The notes: a model not told the origin generated them from the letters alone. Shown: positions 31,334 through 41,085, counted from the stretch's first letter. The stretch: DNA of 64,000 nucleotides from a candidate division WOR-3 bacterium (GCA_039804105.1 JBDRZU010000002.1:64001-128000); one strand, 5' to 3'. Made by a program: numbers and translations.

Positions 31334-33145
31334 TTACTTTATTATTGTAAAATCTTTTGTTAAAACTTCTTTTGTATTGTTATAAACTTTCAAAATGTAT
31401 TTTCCTGATGAAAGTTTTGAAAGATCAACGATTTTTTCTGTTGAAACATTTTCAGTTAATACATTTCTTCCTGAAATGTCAAATATTTTTAAGTTTACAC
31501 TGTTTGTTGAAGAAATTGAAAGTTTCAAAGGTGAAACAAACTTTACAACAATATCTTTTGAAATTTTTGAAAATTCATCAACACCTGAAACCTTTTCAAT
31601 CCATATCGAATCAACTGTTGGAGTCGTTTCCATTTTTGTTGTTGTGAAGTCGATTCTATACTGTATATAGTGGTGCCCTGCTTGATTTGTTATTGAAGAG
31701 ATTGAAGCAAGATTTGAAGAATAACTGTTGTATGTTGTTATTGATGGACATGATGCCCAATCGGTTGCTGTTGCCATTGTTGAGTCAGATGATGATCTCA
31801 TCTTTAATGTGAATGTAGTGAAAGATGGTTTGTTGAATGTTATGAACACATTGTAAAGATCAAAATAATCTGATACTAATACAGCATCATATTTGTCAAT
31901 GTTTATTGCAGAAGAGATAAGGTATCCATTTTTGTAATAACTGTCATAATATATTTTTCCGCCTCCTGTTGAACTTGTTGTTCCAACACCATAGGTGTGT
32001 TCACCAAGTTTTATAAATCCAACAGCAGCAACATCTGTGATAATATCACAAAGCGTGAATGTTAAACCATTATCTGTTGATTTATATAAAGCACCTGGAT
32101 AAGTTGCTGTAACATAAATTGTTGCACCATTATCAAGTGAATATATTCCTGTAATATCTGAAGTATCTGGAATAACTCCGGTCGTATCGAGTGTTATCCA
32201 GTTCTGACCACAATCATCTGATCTATAGAGTCCACCACCAAAAGTTCCATAACTGCCTGCAAAAAGTGAGTTTCCTATTTTTTCGATCGTTGTTAAAGCG
32301 TATGGTTCACCGTTGTTTGTAAAATATGTATCAACTATACCCGATGGAATCCATGATCCACCTCTATCAAAGGAGATATAAACTGGCTCACCATATATAA
32401 GGTTATCACCACATGCTATTAGTGTATCCCCGTTATATTTTATTATTTTATTGACCAAAAGATATCCAAGAGTATCGATTTTTGTGTATGTGACAAACCT
32501 GTCAGTTGTTAAAAACACCTGTCCATCAAAATCAGCACTGTTTGGATCAGGATCACCACCTGCAATTAAAAATGTATCACCATTTAAATGAACAATATCA
32601 TAAACTCTTGCTGCTTCTATCGGCTGTGAACCGATCGAATTCCAGGTTTTCAAATCACCACTTTTATAGATAAAACCAAAATTTATTGCACCCCAGTATC
32701 CACCAGCAAAAATTGTATCGTTAACCTTTTCAAATGCTAAAAGTTCGCAATTGTTCTGGTTTACAGGTAAAGTATCAAATGATGTCCATGTTTGACCTTT
32801 ACTTGTTGAAAAAGAAAGGTTCGCTTTTTTTCCACCAACAGCAAAAATCGTATCGTTGATGTTAACAAGATCATTCACAATCGTAACACTTCCAGCAGCA
32901 GCAGGTGGATATGTTGAAATAACAGCAAAATTTGTATCTTCAATAAAACCAAGTGTTAAAGGTGTTGTTAAAAAATGTATCCTTTCTGAACTTAGGAATT
33001 TTGTGTTGTCATTAAAAACCTGTTGCCCTGCACCACCAGACCATGATGTCTGCTTGAAAGGATATTTTACATTTGGTCCTGTATAGGAGAAGATCATAAT
33101 TGAAACAATGAAAATAAGTGTTAAAATGAGAAATTTTTTGAACAT
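31334..33145 (-). CDS. Secreted BNR/Asp-box beta-propeller protein with T9SS type A-like C-terminal domain
   Basis: Signal peptide; repeats STSKGQTW, SFDRGGSW, SDDCGQNW, STDNGLTF; C-terminus KIFDISGR..LSKLSSGKYILKV. Confidence 0.8.
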   Translation of the reverse strand: MFKKFLILTLIFIVSIMIFSYTGPNVKYPFKQTSWSGGAGQQVFNDNTKFLSSERIHFLTTPLTLGFIEDTNFAVISTYPPAAAGSVTIVNDLVNINDTIFAVGGKKANLSFSTSKGQTWTSFDTLPVNQNNCELLAFEKVNDTIFAGGYWGAINFGFIYKSGDLKTWNSIGSQPIEAARVYDIVHLNGDTFLIAGGDPDPNSADFDGQVFLTTDRFVTYTKIDTLGYLLVNKIIKYNGDTLIACGDNLIYGEPVYISFDRGGSWIPSGIVDTYFTNNGEPYALTTIEKIGNSLFAGSYGTFGGGLYRSDDCGQNWITLDTTGVIPDTSDITGIYSLDNGATIYVTATYPGALYKSTDNGLTFTLCDIITDVAAVGFIKLGEHTYGVGTTSSTGGGKIYYDSYYKNGYLISSAINIDKYDAVLVSDYFDLYNVFITFNKPSFTTFTLKMRSSSDSTMATATDWASCPSITTYNSYSSNLASISSITNQAGHHYIQYRIDFTTTKMETTPTVDSIWIEKVSGVDEFSKISKDIVVKFVSPLKLSISSTNSVNLKIFDISGRNVLTENVSTEKIVDLSKLSSGKYILKVYNNTKEVLTKDFTIIK

Positions 33146-33156
33146 AAAACCTCCAG

Positions 33157-35316
33157 TTAAAATTTAACAATCTTTTTGATTTTTTCCCCTTCAAGTTTTT
33201 TAAAGTAAACTCCCCTTTTTAAAACACCTTCAACAACCTTTCTACCACTTAAATCATAAATTTCATGTTTGTTTAAAAAAGTAAATTTGGATATTTCAAC
33301 TTCAATATCCATCTCTTTTGTTTCTCCCCCATAACTTAAAAGTTTTAAATTATAAATATTTTTACCTATTTTGGGTGTTCTGTCAATAGAAAAATTATTG
33401 TAAACTTCAACCTTTTTTGAAAGAGTTTTATTGACACATTCCAGAATTCTATAGTTTATATCGTTTAAAATAATTTTTACAAAATTTTGATTCTTTTCTA
33501 TTGAGAAAACTACTTGATCTGCTCTGACAGATTGACTTCTTAAACTTCTGAAAACATTTAAAAATCCATATCCTGTAAAGAGTTCATAATCTCTATCAAC
33601 AGATACAATATCAGCACCTTTTTTTATTAGTTCATAAAGTTGATTAACATTCAAATTCGAATCTGCCTGAAGAAGTTGAACCAGAGCAACACCTGTAAAA
33701 ATCGATGAATAACTTGTTCCAAGGAAAAATCCAAAAGAGTCCTTATACCCTATACCATCACTGCCAAATTTATAACTTAAAATATATTTACCTGGAGAAT
33801 AGATATCAGGTTTTAGATTATCTTCACTTTTTGAGTTAAAAGATGATATTGTAAAGAGAGTATCTTCACTTACAAAAAGATATGTGTTTCTTCTTGAAAG
33901 GTATGAACCTGATGATATCACATTTTCAATAAGAGCAGGAGAACATAAAGTTTTTTTTCTGTCACCATCAAAAAAATTATCATAAGAGGGTTTCACAAAT
34001 GTTCCACCTCTTGAGATGAAAAATTCAACTGGATTCTCTTTCAATGTTTTAAAGATCTGTATTACAAGATAACTTTTGTTTTGATGTTCAAATAAAAGAT
34101 GTGAAAAATTTTTTTCATCGTTAAAACCAAAACCTAAGAAGAAATCTTTACCATAACAATAAAAAACAGGAGTATCTTTTAAATCGATCCAATCTGAAAA
34201 AAGCAAACTTCCATCAGATACAACAAAAAATCTTATCGAAAGGTCATTGTCGTTTGAGATATCTATATCAAGATTTTTCGAAGAATCTGTAAGGATTAGA
34301 ACAGAACTGTTTGAAAGAATATCATCATTTTTTATACTGTAGTTATCATATACTTTTGCATGGATTTTTAGATTTCCAAGATTTCCAGCAGGAACGGAAA
34401 TTCCTCTTTTTGTCTCTGTTAATGGAAAGAGTTTTTTTATCCCCTCTTCAAACAGATCCTGACCATTATGAAAACCCCAATAATAGGTTAACGGCATAAA
34501 CACAACAAACGGTTTTTTAAAATATTCACATTTTTGCACAAGATATTTTAATCCATCAAGAACATTTTTTGTGTTCAGATAGGTGTTGACTGCTATTATT
34601 TTAGATTTTTTAATCAAACCTTCTGAGAAATAGGACTCAGATGAGAGTATCGAAAGAAGAGAAGTTCCATGACCTTTAACATCCTCGATATTACAGTTCA
34701 AAACATTTAAAGAATCGATCTCTTCTCCATAACCAAAATTTTCAGGTGGAAATGGAGAAAAACCTTTCTGGTTCCAAATAAGTTTGAATTTTGAAAAATT
34801 ATCTTTTTTAAAAATATCAAGTGATGGTAAAAAACCTTCATCAATAAAACCTATATTTACACCTTCACCATCATATCCCATATCAACCATCTGTGAAATT
34901 CTTGTCCAGTAAGCACCACTATCAGATGATTGGAAGATCGGTTTTGAAATTTCACAAAAATTCAAGAAGTTTGAATCTGAAAGTACTTTCAACTGTGAAA
35001 AATCGATATAACCTGTTATCAAAGAATCAGAGATCACAACACTTTCAAAAAGAAATGTTTTTAACTTGTTAACATCACCTTTTAATATAACAGGGATCTG
35101 TGATTTTGTATTCTTTTGAAACTGATAATTGTATGAAAAAATTGAATCTGTATGTGAAATATCAAAAATAATTTTTTCCCTACTTTCACTCAAAAAAATT
35201 TGCTGCCCCAAATCCTCTGAAAAATATGAGAGCAAGGTTGGATCAAGTTTTGAAAGGTCCAAAGAAAAAATGTTGAAAAAAATTATCAGAGGAAAAATTT
35301 TTAAAAATATTTTCAT
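33157..35316 (-). CDS. Divergent secreted S8 peptidase (Csp-like split catalytic domain) with short CTD-like tail
   Basis: FIDEGF, GHGTS, PAGN, KPDIYSPG, GTSYSS, GYG; tail IYDLSGRKV..GVYF. Confidence 0.75.
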   Translation of the reverse strand: MKIFLKIFPLIIFFNIFSLDLSKLDPTLLSYFSEDLGQQIFLSESREKIIFDISHTDSIFSYNYQFQKNTKSQIPVILKGDVNKLKTFLFESVVISDSLITGYIDFSQLKVLSDSNFLNFCEISKPIFQSSDSGAYWTRISQMVDMGYDGEGVNIGFIDEGFLPSLDIFKKDNFSKFKLIWNQKGFSPFPPENFGYGEEIDSLNVLNCNIEDVKGHGTSLLSILSSESYFSEGLIKKSKIIAVNTYLNTKNVLDGLKYLVQKCEYFKKPFVVFMPLTYYWGFHNGQDLFEEGIKKLFPLTETKRGISVPAGNLGNLKIHAKVYDNYSIKNDDILSNSSVLILTDSSKNLDIDISNDNDLSIRFFVVSDGSLLFSDWIDLKDTPVFYCYGKDFFLGFGFNDEKNFSHLLFEHQNKSYLVIQIFKTLKENPVEFFISRGGTFVKPSYDNFFDGDRKKTLCSPALIENVISSGSYLSRRNTYLFVSEDTLFTISSFNSKSEDNLKPDIYSPGKYILSYKFGSDGIGYKDSFGFFLGTSYSSIFTGVALVQLLQADSNLNVNQLYELIKKGADIVSVDRDYELFTGYGFLNVFRSLRSQSVRADQVVFSIEKNQNFVKIILNDINYRILECVNKTLSKKVEVYNNFSIDRTPKIGKNIYNLKLLSYGGETKEMDIEVEISKFTFLNKHEIYDLSGRKVVEGVLKRGVYFKKLEGEKIKKIVKF

Positions 35317-35323
35317 ATATTTT

Positions 35324-35353
35324 ATTGTAAACCTAAAAACATAAAATTGTCAA
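35324..35353 (-). promoter_or_regulatory. sigma70 promoter (leaderless-type) of the S8/propeller operon
   Basis: TTGACA-18-TACAAT, 7 nt before ATG 35316. Confidence 0.65.
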
Positions 35354-35373
35354 CAATTATCTTAAACAAACTA

Positions 35374-35401
35374 TTGACATTTAAAAATTTTTTCGTATTA
35401 T
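35374..35401 (+). promoter_or_regulatory. sigma70 promoter of tRNA-Phe/tRNA-Leu
   Basis: TTGACA-16-TATTAT, 11 nt before the tRNA. Confidence 0.7.
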
Positions 35402-35412
35402 TTTTGTTTTAA

Positions 35413-35485
<73 letters not shown>

Positions 35486-35489
35486 CTCT

Positions 35490-35573
35490 GCCGGGGTGGC
35501 GAAACTGGCAGACGCGCACGTTTGAGGGGCGTGTGGGCTTCCCGTAGGGGTTCAAGTCCCCTCCCCGGCACCA
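35490..35573 (+). tRNA. tRNA-Leu(GAG), CCA encoded
   Basis: gccgggg/ccccggc; anticodon loop ttGAGgg; long variable arm; gttcaagt. Confidence 0.96.
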
Positions 35574-35576
35574 AAA

Positions 35577-37262
35577 TCAAAAAGTCGTAGGTGGTATTTC
35601 ATCTTTCAAAGATTTTTTTCTCTCATTTTTTATCGCAGTAATTATAGCATAAGATATGTTCCCTGTTAGTATTAAAAAGCCGATCAAAAAGAAAAACAAA
35701 GCACCCCAATTTATTTCTTTATATTTTTCATAAAGCACATAGATAAGAGAAATAACAAAAAGAAACACAAGATAAAGTTTACCTATATTTGAAACATCTT
35801 TCCAAACCTTTCCATTACTGACAAAGATTGAAATTAAAAGTGTTAATAAAACAACAAGAAAACCTCCAAAAATTCTCGCCGTTATTGGATAACCTCCATA
35901 AGGATTTTTGAATTCATTGAATATCGAATATAAAAGAAGAACAATCAAAAATAGCGGAACAATATATTTTATCGAGATTTCAAAAATTTTATCAATATTT
36001 ATCTCTGAAACCGAATTTATAAAACTTCTCAACCTATCACTACCAAAAAACCATGCAACGATAACCGTTTCAAACAGACCAACAACCAAAAGCCCATAGG
36101 TTAAAATCCAGTGATCAACTATGTCAAGCCAGAAGATTCCACTTCCAAAACAGTATAGAAGTCCAAATAAAAGATTAACACTAACAATTATGAATACAGA
36201 TTTTTTTCTTGAAAAGTTAAATCTATCTTTAAGACCCGTAACAACCGCTTCAATAAGTGAAACAAGAGATGTTAAACCCAAAAATAACAACATTGAAAAA
36301 AACAAAATTCCAAAAACATTTGGAAACGCGGGAATCTTTGCTATCGCTTCAGGATATGTTACAAAAGCGAGTCCAGGTCCTCCCAACCTTAAAGAATCAA
36401 TCGATACATTGTTTGAAAACGCAAGGAATCCAACAGTTGAAAAAACTGTTATACCTGCAATGAACTCAACAAGCGAATTTGTAAAACCAGTTATTTTAGC
36501 GTTGTTTGCTATATCGGTTTTTTCATCCCTGTAACTTGCATACGCTATAAGGATTCCAAATCCAAGAGAAAGTGTGTAGAATATTTGAGAAAATGCTTCG
36601 ATCCAAACATTTAAAGAAAGAAGTTTTTTAAAATCTGGAGTAAAGAATTTTTCTACTCCATCCAAAGAACCTTTAAGAGTTATACCTCTTAAAAGAAGAA
36701 CAAAAAGGATCAAAAAAGATAAGGGTAACAAAAATGTATTAAATTTTCCAAGTGTCTTAATCCCTTTTATAATTATAAAACCTGTGATCAGCCATACAAC
36801 AACCAAACCTATAAATATGTTAATATTAAATGATGAAAAATCAAAAGGTGTTGAGGACACCTTTAAAAAATCTTTGAAGAAAAAGTTTACACTACCTGAG
36901 ATGTTCCATGAAAGATTTAATGAGAAGAAAAGATAGTTCAAAGCCCATGACAGAACAACAGCATAGTATGAACAGATAACTGTTCCAACAAATATCGCAA
37001 ACCATCCGAGCCATTCCCATTTTTTTGAAATCGTTGAAAATGTTTTTGCTGCAGATCCCTGAAACTTTTGTCCTATCGCTGTTTCCATCATCAGCAAAGG
37101 AATCCCAGCAACAAAAAGTGCAACAAAGTATGGGATAAGAAATGCTCCACCACCATTTCGATACGCTACAAAAGGAAACCTCCACACATTACCAAGTCCA
37201 ACAGCGGAACCTATTGTTGAAAGCACAAAAGCGACCCTTGAACCCCACCTTTCTCTTTCCAT
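35577..37262 (-). CDS. Sodium-dependent transporter, NSS/SNF family, with C-terminal extension
   Basis: RERW.SR..F, GSAVGLGNVWRFP, NGGGAFLIPY, QIFYTLSLGFG, GPGLAFVTYP. Confidence 0.93.
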   Translation of the reverse strand: MERERWGSRVAFVLSTIGSAVGLGNVWRFPFVAYRNGGGAFLIPYFVALFVAGIPLLMMETAIGQKFQGSAAKTFSTISKKWEWLGWFAIFVGTVICSYYAVVLSWALNYLFFSLNLSWNISGSVNFFFKDFLKVSSTPFDFSSFNINIFIGLVVVWLITGFIIIKGIKTLGKFNTFLLPLSFLILFVLLLRGITLKGSLDGVEKFFTPDFKKLLSLNVWIEAFSQIFYTLSLGFGILIAYASYRDEKTDIANNAKITGFTNSLVEFIAGITVFSTVGFLAFSNNVSIDSLRLGGPGLAFVTYPEAIAKIPAFPNVFGILFFSMLLFLGLTSLVSLIEAVVTGLKDRFNFSRKKSVFIIVSVNLLFGLLYCFGSGIFWLDIVDHWILTYGLLVVGLFETVIVAWFFGSDRLRSFINSVSEINIDKIFEISIKYIVPLFLIVLLLYSIFNEFKNPYGGYPITARIFGGFLVVLLTLLISIFVSNGKVWKDVSNIGKLYLVFLFVISLIYVLYEKYKEINWGALFFFLIGFLILTGNISYAIITAIKNERKKSLKDEIPPTTF

Positions 37263-37270
37263 TGAACCTC

Positions 37271-38275
37271 CTATTTTTCAATCACACCAGAAAGAACAAC
37301 TTTATCTTCATTATAAAATACAGCTATTTGACCTGGAGTAACACCATAGATGTAATCTTTTGTTTTCACTTTTATAAGATTTTCTTGTGTCTCTATTGAA
37401 CAATCGACCTCTTCATTTCTGTATCTTATTTTCACTTTTAAATCATTTTCCTCATCTGAAAATTTTTCTATCGGAGAAACAAAAAACTCTTTTACTTTTA
37501 AATCTTCCCTTTTACAAACAACTATTCGATTCTCCTGCGGTATTATTCTTTTCACAAAGAGTTTTTCATCCATTCCACCGATCCTAACATTCTGTCCAAT
37601 AGTGAATTTAAAATATCCCGAATGTTTCTTTAAAACTTTTCCGTTTTCATCAACCATCTCTCCAAATTCATCTAAAAAGCCCTCCCCTTTTAGAAAAGAT
37701 ACATAATTGTCTTTTATAAAACAGATATCCTGACTCTCCTTTTCAAAAAATTTTATATCATAATCTGACACATACTTTTTTACTTCATCTTTCGTAGAAA
37801 ACGATGTTATCGAATTTTCAAAATATTTTAAGTGCTCTCTTTTAACAGTTGAAACATAATAGGACTGATCCTTTCTTCTATCTTTACCTTTATAAAGAAA
37901 TCCATTCTCAACCTTTATATAATGTCCTGTGCTGAATTTTTCGATCCCAAGATCTTTCGCTTTTGATAAAATTAGTGGAAATTTTACCAATCTGTTACAG
38001 AATGCACATGGGTTTGGGGTTCTTCCTTCCCTGTATGTATTTATAAAGTAATCTATTATAGTTTCTTTAAAAAATTTTCTTTTATCTTCAAAAACCAACT
38101 GGAAACCAATATTTTGATAAATTTTTTCCACTTTATCTTTATCTTTAAAATTCTTTTCAGTTAATATCAAAAAATAAGGGTAAACTTTATAATTTTGATT
38201 TTTAAAAAATAAAACTGAGGCAAGAGAATCAATGCCACCTGAAACCCCGACAAGAATTTTTTTCATATCATTCAA
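37271..38275 (-). CDS. mnmA: tRNA 2-thiouridine(34) synthase
   Basis: PP-loop SGGIDS, TPNPCAFCN, TGHY, KDQSY, ESQDICF, TPGQ. Confidence 0.93.
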   Translation of the reverse strand: MNDMKKILVGVSGGIDSLASVLFFKNQNYKVYPYFLILTEKNFKDKDKVEKIYQNIGFQLVFEDKRKFFKETIIDYFINTYREGRTPNPCAFCNRLVKFPLILSKAKDLGIEKFSTGHYIKVENGFLYKGKDRRKDQSYYVSTVKREHLKYFENSITSFSTKDEVKKYVSDYDIKFFEKESQDICFIKDNYVSFLKGEGFLDEFGEMVDENGKVLKKHSGYFKFTIGQNVRIGGMDEKLFVKRIIPQENRIVVCKREDLKVKEFFVSPIEKFSDEENDLKVKIRYRNEEVDCSIETQENLIKVKTKDYIYGVTPGQIAVFYNEDKVVLSGVIEK

Positions 38276-39944
38276 ATTTTACATAAATATAATCGACTTT
38301 CAATAGCTGGTTGTAAAAAGGTGAAAAGATTACTCTGTAATCTTTACCTTTTATCTGGGTTTCAAGTGTTATATTTTCAAGACCAAAATTTACTTTATCA
38401 AGTATATTTCTGACCTTTCTCTCTTTTTCGTTTTCAAAAATTTCATAAATATTTTTCTGAATAAACACTTCTTCAAAAACTTTATTTTTTATAACAATAT
38501 CTCCTTTTTTATCTATAACACATAAAGGTTTGTCACTTTCATACCATAAAGGAAAAATTTCAGCAAATATATCCTCTGATACCTTCCATTCTTTAACAGT
38601 GTTGTATTCAAAACCAAAAAGAAGTATAAAAATGTTATCTTTATGTTTAAAAGATGTTATGTTGAAAAGAATGTTTATATTGCTTTTTCCAACTTTAATC
38701 GGTATAAAAACCATTTTTGAAACTTCATTCTCTACCACAAACTTTAAAGAATCCTTAACAAAACTCTGTTTCTCTTCTAAAATAAGATCAAAGAAATTCT
38801 TTTTGAATGTTATCCTGTTGTTTGAGAAAAAAATTTCACCATTCTCTTTTATTGTAAAAAGATATATATCCCTTGTTTTCAAAATCCCTAAAAGTATCTT
38901 CTCGTAAAACTCTTTTTCAGATTCAGTAAGATTTTTTTCTTCAAAAATCTCTTTGAAAATTTCTATATCCTCACTCACCCTTTCCTGCAAATATTTTATA
39001 AAGAAAATTGCCACAATCACTATCAAAATAAACATTAGTATTATAAAAAAGGTCTGCCACCTAAAAATCGAATTAAAAATCTCTTTAACCTCATATTCTG
39101 GAGAATAACAATAGATATACCATCTTGAACCATAAACCTCAATATGGGATTTCACAAGAATAAATTTTTCGTTTCTTTTAAAAACACCAAAAGAGTTCAG
39201 TGAAGATAACCTCATCGAAATAAAATTCTGGTTTGAATCTATGAGAGAAGTATCATTTATAAAAAAGAATTTGTTTATGTTTGAGATGTTTTCGAACTCT
39301 TTGAAAAAATCGGGAGAGTATACTATCTTCCCATCACCATTGAAAACTATAAGAAATGAATTTTTTGTCGGTTTTATATCCGAAAGGTATTCATCATACA
39401 AAAGGTTAAAAGGAAGAAGATATGAAAATGCACCATCAAAAACTCTGTTTTTGTAAACTGGATGAGCGAGTGCAATCGCTTTAAAACCCTGAACTGCTAA
39501 AAAAGGTTTTGAGATCACAAACCTTTTCTCAGTAAAAACTTTTTTGTTATGTTCCTGATAAAGAACATTCTGGTTTATGAACTCTTTTTGATATGGTGAA
39601 GTGTATGAAATTTTTCCAGTTTTATTGATTCTTGTAACAGCAACATATCTTTTATTGTTAACATTCTGTATCGAATCTATTAAAAATTTACCAAGAGGAG
39701 TCAGATCAACTATATCCTTATTTTTACTGTATATTGAAAGTTCTTCTATGTTTCTCTGTAAACAGTTGTATACACCATGTTTTGCTGTTTCTATTAGGTT
39801 TTTTGTTATCGAAAGATGATTCTCATATACAAGACGAATCAAAAACATATTAGTGAGTAAATATACAAATGATAATATTATCAAAAATATAATCACAAAA
39901 ACAAGAAACAGTTTAAAAAGGTTCTTTATATTCCCATTCGCCAT
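38268..39944 (-). CDS. Membrane sensor protein: TM-Cache-like-TM-PAS-like, no output domain
   Basis: Two TM helices flanking a dCache-like region (ISKPF..VQG..IALAHPVY, DG.IVYSPD); PAS-like C-terminus; no HK/GGDEF/MCP motifs. Confidence 0.65.
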   Translation of the reverse strand: MANGNIKNLFKLFLVFVIIFLIILSFVYLLTNMFLIRLVYENHLSITKNLIETAKHGVYNCLQRNIEELSIYSKNKDIVDLTPLGKFLIDSIQNVNNKRYVAVTRINKTGKISYTSPYQKEFINQNVLYQEHNKKVFTEKRFVISKPFLAVQGFKAIALAHPVYKNRVFDGAFSYLLPFNLLYDEYLSDIKPTKNSFLIVFNGDGKIVYSPDFFKEFENISNINKFFFINDTSLIDSNQNFISMRLSSLNSFGVFKRNEKFILVKSHIEVYGSRWYIYCYSPEYEVKEIFNSIFRWQTFFIILMFILIVIVAIFFIKYLQERVSEDIEIFKEIFEEKNLTESEKEFYEKILLGILKTRDIYLFTIKENGEIFFSNNRITFKKNFFDLILEEKQSFVKDSLKFVVENEVSKMVFIPIKVGKSNINILFNITSFKHKDNIFILLFGFEYNTVKEWKVSEDIFAEIFPLWYESDKPLCVIDKKGDIVIKNKVFEEVFIQKNIYEIFENEKERKVRNILDKVNFGLENITLETQIKGKDYRVIFSPFYNQLLKVDYIYVKFE

Positions 39945-39951
39945 TAATAGA

Positions 39952-39980
39952 ATTTTATTTTAGATTTAACTTAAAGTCAA
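39952..39980 (-). promoter_or_regulatory. sigma70 promoter (leaderless-type) of sensor-mnmA-NSS
   Basis: TTGACT-17-TAAAAT, 7 nt before ATG 39944. Confidence 0.7.
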
Positions 39981-39984
39981 GAGA

Positions 39985-41085
39985 TTAAAATAAAAGAAAA
40001 GAGGTATCACCTTTTTTGTAAAATGACATCTTATAACCATTGTTACCAAGTATTTTTCTTTTAATATGATCTTTTGAAAGATTTTTTATAGCATCTGCAA
40101 TTTCTTTGTAATCTTTTTCCTTTACAATTAGACAGTTGAAACCATCTATCAAAACATCTTTTGAACCACAAGACCCGGTTGCAATGATCGGTAATCTAAA
40201 AGCACCTGCTTCAAGGTAAACTATTCCAAAACCTTCAAAATCCCCCCTATGGTAAAAAACAGGTAAAATAAAAATATCCGATTCTTCGTACAGTTTATAA
40301 ACTTCAATGTTTTTTAAATCGGTCTTTATGAAAACTTTTTCTTCAAGTTTAAAATCTTCTATAAACTTTTCCAGTTTTTCTCTATAATTTCCATTTCCAA
40401 CAATATAGTATCTAAAATTTATTTCATCCTTTAAAATATCGAGTGCCTTCAAAACATATTGAATTCCTTTTCTTGTAGTGAACTGTGCAACTGAAATTAA
40501 GGTTATCGCATCTTTCTGTTTATACTCTTTTTGTTCGATTCTTTTACCTGAATATCTTGGAGAGATTATAAAAATTTCTTTTCTGGTTATTTTTTTCAAC
40601 AAACTTTCAGTATAAGAACTTATCGTTATTATCCTGTCAACTCTGTTCAACAGAAATTTTTTCAAAATGTTCACAAAACCTGATTTTCTTTTAAGGTATG
40701 GATCAAAAATGTTCACATCCGTTCCATAAGCAAAACAAACAATTTTAGTTTTTGGATAAAATTTTTTATAAACATAAGAGAATATTGTTGTAGGTATAAC
40801 AGATTCAGAATAAATATAATCTATTCTTCCCCTATTTCTGAAGAGAAACTTTATTATTTTCAAGTAAAAATCAAGTCGATAAAATCTACCCTTCAATGGA
40901 AGGTTTTTTGACCTTATGATATCTTTGAAAATCGTCAAATCCTCTTCAGGTTCAGTAAAAAGAGGTGTCTGTGTTATCACGACGAGTTGATCTTTATACT
41001 TATACTCTTTAAAAACACTGTAAAGATAATGGGAAATCCCACCTCTATATGGTGGAAAAGAGATCGTCAGTAAAACCTTTATCAT
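39985..41085 (-). CDS. GT4 glycosyltransferase
   Basis: FPPYRGGI, RKG, EGFGIVYLEA. Confidence 0.88.
   Translation of the reverse strand: MIKVLLTISFPPYRGGISHYLYSVFKEYKYKDQLVVITQTPLFTEPEEDLTIFKDIIRSKNLPLKGRFYRLDFYLKIIKFLFRNRGRIDYIYSESVIPTTIFSYVYKKFYPKTKIVCFAYGTDVNIFDPYLKRKSGFVNILKKFLLNRVDRIITISSYTESLLKKITRKEIFIISPRYSGKRIEQKEYKQKDAITLISVAQFTTRKGIQYVLKALDILKDEINFRYYIVGNGNYREKLEKFIEDFKLEEKVFIKTDLKNIEVYKLYEESDIFILPVFYHRGDFEGFGIVYLEAGAFRLPIIATGSCGSKDVLIDGFNCLIVKEKDYKEIADAIKNLSKDHIKRKILGNNGYKMSFYKKGDTSFLLF

Noticed and set aside
26271..33145. Higher-GC stretch suggesting horizontal transfer
   Set aside because: Explained by Gly/Thr/Ala/Pro-rich secreted proteins; third positions remain A/T-rich and no mobility genes are nearby
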